From contig JARRRI010000050.1 of the NCBI GenBank assembly GCA_037380845.1, forward strand, positions 14,883 to 27,757: a DNA stretch of 12,875 nucleotides, read 5' to 3'. The notes beneath the pieces are model-generated. The model had not been told where the DNA came from. It was given only the letters and a program-made list of their open reading frames with translations, and ran no database searches. The stretch comes from Candidatus Sulfobium sp. GTDB taxonomy: Bacteria; Nitrospirota; Thermodesulfovibrionia; Thermodesulfovibrionales; UBA6898. Of the stretch, positions 6,489 through 12,875 are shown one piece after another; the stretch's first letter is position 1; each line of letters opens with the position of its first letter. The position numbers and the translations under genes are program-made.

Positions 6489-7601
6489 ATGACACCAGAG
6501 AATCCTGAACTTAAGGCCCGGTTGATAGCATTCTATCTCCCGCAGTTCCACCCCATTCCTGAAAACGACGAATGGTGGGGCCCGGGCTTTACCGAGTGGA
6601 CCAACGTTGTCAGGGCGACGCCGCTTTTTGCGGGTCATCAGCAGCCTAACTTTCCGGCCGATCTCGGCTTTTACGACCTGCGGGTGGCCGAGTCACGGAT
6701 TGCCCAGGCGGAGCTTGCCGGCCGGTACGGCATCGAGGGGTTCTGCTACTGGCATTACTGGTTTGGCGGAAAACGCCTTCTGGAAAGACCGTTTGATGAA
6801 GTCCTCAAGTCCGGCGAGCCTGACTTTCCCTTCTGTCTCGCCTGGGCCAACCACACATGGTCCGGCATCTGGCACGGCTGCCCGGACCGGATACTGATTG
6901 AGCAGACTTATCCCGGAGTAGAGGACTTTACCGCCCACTTCTACGCCATGCTTGAGGCTTTTCGCGATAGGCGTTACATGAAGATCGACGGCAGGAACAT
7001 CTTCTGTGTTTATCGCCCGTTTGATCTCCGGGAGCCCCGGCTCTTTATGGACACCTGGCGGAAGCTGGCAGAGAGAGAAGGCGTCCCGGGGTTCTATTTC
7101 GTCGCCATTACGGACTATCCCTGGACGACACCGGGAGATGGCTACGATGCGTGCACGACGAATCCGCCGGTGGCGATGCTCACCTACCAGGGGATCAAGT
7201 CGATGAACGACCAGATCGTCAGGACACTCACGGACGAAAAGCCGTTGCTACCCCAGATTTACTCTTACGAAGCTTTCGTGCAAAATGCTTTCCCGACCAA
7301 GACACGCCGGGCGGAGTTCTACCCCTGTGTGGTACCTAACTGGGACAACACACCGCGCTCCGGAGTCAACGGCCTGGTGCTTCACGGTGCTACGCCTGAG
7401 CTTTATGCAGAACACCTCCGGGAAGCAGTAGGTCTCGTAGCTGACCGCGCTCCGGATCAGCGGGTTGTTTTTATCAAGTCCTGGAACGAGTGGGCCGAGA
7501 CGAACTATCTGGAGCCTGATTTGAGGTGGGGGAAATCGTATCTTGAAAAAACATCGTGTGTTATAAAGGTAGAGGAGGGGAAAGGTAGTAATGTCAGATA
7601 A
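6489..7601 (+). CDS. WbsX-family / glycoside hydrolase 99-like domain protein
   Basis: RLIAFYLPQFHPIPENDEWWG.GFTEW, DLGFYDLR, GFCYWHYWF, PFCLAWAN, PNWDNTPR, SWNEWAE..YLEPD motifs. Confidence 0.88.
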   Translation: MTPENPELKARLIAFYLPQFHPIPENDEWWGPGFTEWTNVVRATPLFAGHQQPNFPADLGFYDLRVAESRIAQAELAGRYGIEGFCYWHYWFGGKRLLERPFDEVLKSGEPDFPFCLAWANHTWSGIWHGCPDRILIEQTYPGVEDFTAHFYAMLEAFRDRRYMKIDGRNIFCVYRPFDLREPRLFMDTWRKLAEREGVPGFYFVAITDYPWTTPGDGYDACTTNPPVAMLTYQGIKSMNDQIVRTLTDEKPLLPQIYSYEAFVQNAFPTKTRRAEFYPCVVPNWDNTPRSGVNGLVLHGATPELYAEHLREAVGLVADRAPDQRVVFIKSWNEWAETNYLEPDLRWGKSYLEKTSCVIKVEEGKGSNVR

Positions 7602-10600
7602 AATCCGGTTCGTAATTATCGCTAACCCGAGGACGGGTACAAACCACTTGATCGACCTGCTCAACTCGCACCCGCACGTGACATGTCATCGGGAGGTTTT
7701 TCACCGGGATGCCGTATATCTGCTTGAAGGGACAAGAACGGACCTTGTCGGCAAACGAAACCAGGATCCGCTAGCCTTTCTTCAGGAACTCTACGATTCC
7801 AGTCCCACTCGGGCTTGCGGGTTCAAGATTTTCATGGAGCATAACGACAATGTGCTTCAAGCTGTCCTGCGCGACCGCCGCATTAAAAAAATTGTCCTTT
7901 ACCGCTCAAACCCTCTGGCAGTCTATTCGTCCGACAAAATAGCGGCAGCCGAGAATCGTTATCTGATTATGGAGAAGACTCGTGACAGGATCGACGCCGG
8001 AGCGAAAGACGGGTCACGCACCAAGGCTAAAGCGGCCTTTGATCGCGAAAAATTTGAGCTTTACTGGCGGGCCTATCAAGCTCACTATTCGCACGTGATC
8101 GATGTTCTGAATGAGACTAATCAGGACTATCTGTTCATGACTTATGAGGACTATATCAATGAGAGCCTTTTCAGGAGGGTGTTTCCGTTTCTTGGGCTGT
8201 CTCAACCGGTAGAGCTCCATACCCGCATGAAGAAGATGAACGCCAGCGATATCTTGTCTCGCTTTGTCAACGCGGATGAAGTTCGTGCGTATCTGAATGA
8301 AATCGGAAAACAGAATTGGGCGCAAGAGGCCTTCATGCTTTGGGCGCGGCCAGCAGGTGCAAGGAAGGCTGTTGACGAAGCTGCTATGACGTCAGTTCGC
8401 GGGAGCGAGCAGCACAAAGAGATTGTACGAGGGCCAGTTAGCGACTCCGATGAAAAAAAGGGAGCTGTAGAGAGATTGAAACCTGCCTTAACCGCTGGAG
8501 AAAGAAGGCAGACGCTTCTTTTTGTGGATTACGCAGTCCCTCATTACGACATGTTTGCCGGATCGCGGACAAACCTCATGTATCTTACCCTGCTGCTTAA
8601 GATGGGGCTGGACGTAAAATTGTTGCCGGCCGACTTCCGGCGGGTGGAACCGTATTCGTCCGAGCTGAATCAAAGGGGAATTGAAACGCTGGACGGCGAG
8701 TGGTACCGCGACAACTGGGAACGCTGGCTTCGGGACAACGGGCGGGAGATTGACTATGTCTTTTTTCACAAGCCCGATCCCGCGATGAAATTTCTGGACG
8801 CCGTCAAGCGGTATACCTCGGCTGCAATCATCTACCAGTGTCACGATCTCCATTACCTGAGGCTTCAGCGAAATGGTCAGGTGAAGAATGACGAATTGAT
8901 ACTTGCTAAAGCCGACCTTTATGAAAAGAAAGAAGATTACATATTTTCCAGCAGCGACGTTATCCTGACGTTCAGCGGGGTGGAGGAGAAAATGATCAGG
9001 GAGAAATTCCCGGATAAACAGGTTTTCACGGTCCCCCTGTTTTTTTACGAGGATGTGCCGGCACCTTGTCGTGATTTCGGCAAACGTCAGGATCTGTTGT
9101 TTGTGGGCGGCTTTGCTCATACACCCAACCGGGATGCTGTTTCCTGGTTTTCTACGGAGGTGCTTCCCCTCATAAGGCGAGAGATCCCGAAGATCGTTTT
9201 CAATGTAGTGGGTGCGGACCCCCCCAAAGATATTATGGCCCTGCGGTCGAAAAACGTGAGGATTCTTGGCAGGGTCAGCGAAGCGAAACTCAAAGAACTT
9301 TATGATACCGTCAGGCTTGTGGTGATTCCCCTGAGGTTCGGCGCGGGTGTGAAGGGGAAGACGGTCGAGGCGCTGTATTACGGCGCGCCGGTTGTTTCGA
9401 CTTCCGTAGGACTGGAGGGTATCAAGGGGATAGACCAGATATGCGCCGCAAAGGACGATCCGGCGGGATTCGCGGGTCAGGTCGTTTCATTATACGGAGA
9501 CGAGAAGAAGCTGGCGGAAATTAGCGAGCAAGGGGTATCTTTCGTCGCGGAGAATTTCACATCGCAAAAGGCTGCCGAACTGATGAGCGACGTCCTTTCT
9601 TCTGCCGGGAAGGAAGTGGCCGCGAGGATCTCAGCTTCGTCGTCGGCGAGGGTTAAAGAGGAGACCCCCCGGCTGATTGCCTTCTACCTCCCCCAGTACC
9701 ACCCGATCCCGGAGAACGACGAGTGGTGGGGAAAGGGTTTTACCGAGTGGCGCAACGTCGCGAAGGCGACGCCGCTCTTTAATGGGCACTACCAGCCGCA
9801 CATTCCCGCCGATCTGGGCTTCTATGACCTGAGGCTGGAAGATACGCGAATAGCCCAGGCGGAACTCGCACGGGAATACGGCATATACGGTTTTTGTTAT
9901 TATCATTACTGGTTCAACGGAAAGAGACTCCTGGAAAGACCCCTCAACGATATGCTCAAGTCAGGGAAACCGGATTTCCCCTTTTGTGTCTGCTGGGCCA
10001 ACGAAAATTGGACCAGACGATGGGACGGTGAAGACCGGCATATTTTGATGAAAGTGGAGTACAGCGAGGAGGATGACCGGAGACACATCCGTGAGCTCTT
10101 GACAATATTCGAGGATAGCCGTTACATCAGGATCAACGGTAAGCCTCTTTTCCTGGTCTACCGAACGGAGAACATCCCGGACCCTCGAAGGACAGCCGAG
10201 GTCTGGCGGGAAGAGGCGCGGAAGGCCGGTGTTGGTGAGCTTTACCTGGTAAGGGTCGAGAGTATTGGAAAAACTGATCCGCGGAGCATCGGCTTCGACG
10301 CCGCCCTTGAATTTGCGCCTGACTGGAACAATAAGGGATTCAGGGTACGGGCGAACAATAAGAAACTCAATGGAAGACTTAGTGACGTTGAGATTCCGGA
10401 CGACTTATGTGAAAAGAACTACGTCCACTATTACGACGAATTAGCGAATAATATGATGAAGAAGAAGTCTCCGGATTATACATGGTTCCGCTGCGTCACG
10501 CCATCATGGGACAATACGGCGAGAAGGCTGGAAGGCGCGCATATTTTCCTCGGCTCCAGTCCGGAGAAATATCAAAACTGGCTCAGGCAGGCCATGGATT

Positions 10601-11052
10601 TTACAAGGGACCGCTTGAAAGGGGATGAGAATGTTGTTTTCGTCAACGCGTGGAATGAATGGGCGGAAGGAAATCATCTGGAACCCGACCGGCAGTTCGG
10701 GAAATCGTACCTGGAGGCGACTCGCAGAGCGCTGGAAGGAGCGACATTTGGGCTGGATGGGGCGTCAATAACGGCAGCTTACGATTCGCCCCTCCCGCGT
10801 TTCGTTGACGATGGCGGGCGGGAATTATTTCCTGAACTTCAAAAATTGCTGAAAGACCGGCGGGAGAGAATAGGCCGACTGGAGGTGAGGCTTGCCGAGA
10901 AAGACCGGCTCCTGGAAAAATGTGAGTTCCGGATTTTAGACAGGGAGGCCCGTATTCGTGACCTTCTCGATTCCGCAAGTTGGCGAGTGACCAGACCTTT
11001 GCGTCGTACATACGATATAATGCTAAAGGCGAGGGGGAAGAGTCTCGACTAA
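7591..11052 (+). CDS. Multidomain glycan synthesis protein: Stf0-like sulfotransferase + GT4 glycosyltransferase + WbsX/GH99-like domain + short coiled coil
   Basis: PRTGTNHL..LLNSHP (sulfotransferase, ~7591-8340); FVGGFAHTPNRDAV and PLRFGAGVKGK.VEA (GT4, ~8510-9600); RLIAFYLPQ...AWNEWAEG (~9667-10735); C-terminal SASWRVTRPLR. Confidence 0.88.
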   Translation: MSDKIRFVIIANPRTGTNHLIDLLNSHPHVTCHREVFHRDAVYLLEGTRTDLVGKRNQDPLAFLQELYDSSPTRACGFKIFMEHNDNVLQAVLRDRRIKKIVLYRSNPLAVYSSDKIAAAENRYLIMEKTRDRIDAGAKDGSRTKAKAAFDREKFELYWRAYQAHYSHVIDVLNETNQDYLFMTYEDYINESLFRRVFPFLGLSQPVELHTRMKKMNASDILSRFVNADEVRAYLNEIGKQNWAQEAFMLWARPAGARKAVDEAAMTSVRGSEQHKEIVRGPVSDSDEKKGAVERLKPALTAGERRQTLLFVDYAVPHYDMFAGSRTNLMYLTLLLKMGLDVKLLPADFRRVEPYSSELNQRGIETLDGEWYRDNWERWLRDNGREIDYVFFHKPDPAMKFLDAVKRYTSAAIIYQCHDLHYLRLQRNGQVKNDELILAKADLYEKKEDYIFSSSDVILTFSGVEEKMIREKFPDKQVFTVPLFFYEDVPAPCRDFGKRQDLLFVGGFAHTPNRDAVSWFSTEVLPLIRREIPKIVFNVVGADPPKDIMALRSKNVRILGRVSEAKLKELYDTVRLVVIPLRFGAGVKGKTVEALYYGAPVVSTSVGLEGIKGIDQICAAKDDPAGFAGQVVSLYGDEKKLAEISEQGVSFVAENFTSQKAAELMSDVLSSAGKEVAARISASSSARVKEETPRLIAFYLPQYHPIPENDEWWGKGFTEWRNVAKATPLFNGHYQPHIPADLGFYDLRLEDTRIAQAELAREYGIYGFCYYHYWFNGKRLLERPLNDMLKSGKPDFPFCVCWANENWTRRWDGEDRHILMKVEYSEEDDRRHIRELLTIFEDSRYIRINGKPLFLVYRTENIPDPRRTAEVWREEARKAGVGELYLVRVESIGKTDPRSIGFDAALEFAPDWNNKGFRVRANNKKLNGRLSDVEIPDDLCEKNYVHYYDELANNMMKKKSPDYTWFRCVTPSWDNTARRLEGAHIFLGSSPEKYQNWLRQAMDFTRDRLKGDENVVFVNAWNEWAEGNHLEPDRQFGKSYLEATRRALEGATFGLDGASITAAYDSPLPRFVDDGGRELFPELQKLLKDRRERIGRLEVRLAEKDRLLEKCEFRILDREARIRDLLDSASWRVTRPLRRTYDIMLKARGKSLD

Positions 11053-11182
11053 CCCCTAAAGGTAAGTCAGGTCTTACGTTCACGTTGTGAAAACCGTGTG
11101 ACAAAGACCACTGGATCACCTAAAAGAAACTGAAATAGCCAGGACTTCAAGACTGAAAGTGCTGATAGTAAGGAGGTAGTGG

Positions 11183-12079
11183 ATGGCAGACAACTCAGCG
11201 GGAATTTCCTCGTTCGAAAAAACACATTACCCATTTACCTTTGCCGCTCCACCATCCACAGAAATAATTGACAGCATGAAGTTGCTCTTCTGCCCCGTGT
11301 GTGGAGCGACGGCCGATATGCAGCCATTTACTGATAACGTGCGGGAGTCGGGTATCTGTTGCAACTGCGGATCGTGGAACCGGCAGCGCTTGATGGCAGT
11401 ACTATTAATGCATGTCATTGAGCGGGTAACAGGCGTTCGTCTTACACACGTTTCATCGCTCGAGGTGCCTGATACTCTCCAAATCTTTGGTGCCGAATGG
11501 TTCGGTGCTCTTCACAAAACTCTACGTCGCTTGAAGGGCTATAGGTGGAGTCGCTATTCGGGCCCTACGCACAAAAGCGGTGATGTGATAGATGGCTGTC
11601 CCCATCAGGATCTTCTGTCAACATCATTCCTCGACAATCAATTTGATATCGTTTTGACCGCCGACGTTTTGGAGCACATTCCGGAACCATACTTAGCTCA
11701 CCGGGAGATATACAGAATTTTGAAACCGGGAGGGGTTCATATTTTTACGGTCCCCTCAAACATGAACAACCCTTTAGATGATCAGCGTGCTGCGCTTGCC
11801 AATGGTGAACTGATTCGATTAAAGCCACCCGAATGGCACGGCAAAGAAGTGGACTCAAATCTCGTGTATACTGTTTTCGGGCTTGAGATGATTTGTCATC
11901 TGTGGTCTCTTGGTTTCTTTGTGAGGTTTTATGAAATCTCTAGCCCCGGCAAGGGCATTATTGGGCCGAGAGCCGTCGGGTTTGAGGCAACTAAACATCA
12001 TGAACCGCTCTTGCGGGAAATCCCAGAAGGCCTAAGAAGTCAAAGCAGTCTTCAATTTAATAAAGCGAAGATCGAATGA
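11183..12079 (+). CDS. Class I SAM-dependent methyltransferase with N-terminal CxxC..CxxC motif
   Basis: CPVCG...CCNCGS; QDL..TSF.DNQFDIVLTADVLEHIP...EIYRILKPGG..IFTVP; RBS AAGGAGG upstream. Confidence 0.85.
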   Translation: MADNSAGISSFEKTHYPFTFAAPPSTEIIDSMKLLFCPVCGATADMQPFTDNVRESGICCNCGSWNRQRLMAVLLMHVIERVTGVRLTHVSSLEVPDTLQIFGAEWFGALHKTLRRLKGYRWSRYSGPTHKSGDVIDGCPHQDLLSTSFLDNQFDIVLTADVLEHIPEPYLAHREIYRILKPGGVHIFTVPSNMNNPLDDQRAALANGELIRLKPPEWHGKEVDSNLVYTVFGLEMICHLWSLGFFVRFYEISSPGKGIIGPRAVGFEATKHHEPLLREIPEGLRSQSSLQFNKAKIE

Positions 12080-12128
12080 GCAACAAAAAAGAGAAGCTTT
12101 AATGGCGTGATCCTGGTGTTTGGGGGAA

Positions 12129-12318
12129 GGTCAGAAGGAGTGTGTATTTCTACATGAGGCGGATTATCACGGGACTTTTCGCCTTTTATTATGGTTATGA
12201 CATAGTTGATCTTATTTACGAATCTTCCGGATTAATTACAAAGATTTTTGTGATCGATAATTTGTATTATGGCATACGAGCCGAACTTATCGAAGTTCTC
12301 GTCAGTATAAAGCCGTAA
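12129..12318 (+). pseudogene. Probable frameshifted C-terminal remnant of a second, related methyltransferase
   Basis: One frame gives VFLHEADYHG (12144-12173; compare LIRLKPPEWHG in the preceding gene). The ORF 12154-12318 gives YGYDIVDLIYESSGLITKIFVIDNLYYGIRAELIEVLVSIKP*, which parallels the upstream FGLEMICHLWSLGF...GI.G...F...K tail. Confidence 0.55.
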
Positions 12319-12347
12319 GCAAGAAGGTTTTTTGAGGGAATTCGGGA

Positions 12348-12782
12348 ATGGCCGAGGAGCATTTCAAAATATTGGATAGTCAGAATCTGAGGTTGGAGAA
12401 GGGGGAAAAAAGATCGTCTTATTTATTTCTTTTGATCCCTATTTTTTTCCTGGTGATCGGGCAGACTAGTTCAAAATACGGTGCGCTGCTGCTCGCAAAC
12501 AGCGGGGCCTCTCGTATGGAGATTTTATACCATTTAAATATTTATATTTTTATCGGGTATATTTGTCTGTTTTTGAGAGGGATTGTCTGGTTGGTTATTC
12601 TGAGGAAGTTTGAACTTTCATATGCATATCCTTTCTTAAGCATATCGCTGGTTGTTGTTCTGCTGTTATCAAACCGCCTTTTTGGAGAGGCCATAACGAC
12701 ACTTAAGATAATTGGCTCTTTTCTTATTGTCATGGGAGTGCTTGTTATGAGCAGGTCAGGTGAAGGCAAGTCGCAATGTTGA
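12348..12782 (+). CDS. EamA/SMR-like small membrane transporter (ArnE/ArnF-like flippase subunit)
   Basis: Four hydrophobic segments; W..ILRKFELSYAYPFLS and LFGE.IT..KIIG..LI..GV motifs. Confidence 0.8.
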   Translation: MAEEHFKILDSQNLRLEKGEKRSSYLFLLIPIFFLVIGQTSSKYGALLLANSGASRMEILYHLNIYIFIGYICLFLRGIVWLVILRKFELSYAYPFLSISLVVVLLLSNRLFGEAITTLKIIGSFLIVMGVLVMSRSGEGKSQC

Positions 12783-12875
12783 AGGACTATCTATATATTT
12801 TTCTTATGGTGTTTCTTACAGTAACCGGTCAGCTGATAATAAAGAAGGCTGCCATGTCCTTTCGAAGCGGAAAAA
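12776..12875 (+). CDS. Partial (5' end) second EamA/SMR-like subunit
   Basis: ATG at 12776 overlaps the previous stop (ATGTTGA); MLKDYLYIFLMVFLTVTGQLIIKKAAM has the TV.GQL..K first-helix motif; runs off the window. Confidence 0.7.
   Translation, partial: MLKDYLYIFLMVFLTVTGQLIIKKAAMSFRSGK

Noticed and set aside
6510..10030. Recent DNA duplication between the two WbsX domains
   Set aside because: Similarity is mostly at protein-motif level with many synonymous differences and divergent C-terminal halves, consistent with old paralogs.
11062..11109. Weak inverted repeat (GGTCTT...AAGACC), possible REP-like element or terminator
   Set aside because: Only 6 bp of perfect pairing, single copy and no U-tract; insufficient support.
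2211..12769. Numerous antisense and alternative-frame ORFs (e.g. 2635-3429, 2493-3182, 8488-9120, 10643-11119)
   Set aside because: They are shadows of well-supported plus-strand genes and have no recognisable motifs.

Overview
Bacterial chromosomal window with all credible genes on the + strand. It starts with a type II toxin-antitoxin pair (RHH antitoxin + MazF/PemK toxin) behind a near-consensus, apparently leaderless promoter. Next come a decayed gene remnant and a secreted protein with a C-terminal S74-type intramolecular chaperone domain. Most of the window is an ABC-transporter-dependent surface-glycan locus: wzm, an inserted four-helix-bundle (23S rRNA IVP/Avd-like) gene, wzt with a C-terminal domain, a sulfotransferase-coiled-coil protein, a WbsX/GH99-like protein, a 1153-aa sulfotransferase-GT4-WbsX fusion, a SAM methyltransferase plus a probable paralog remnant, and an EamA/ArnE-F-like pair. 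Two features stand out. (1) The four-helix-bundle gene splitting wzm from wzt is bracketed by degenerate 7-bp repeat arms that can pair locally or across the gene, like an intervening-sequence cassette in an mRNA; similar 7/8-bp arrays lie at other gene junctions. (2) A WbdD-like ruler architecture carries a sulfotransferase head, suggesting sulfate-capped glycan chain termination. All family assignments come from motif recognition by eye; no searches were run.
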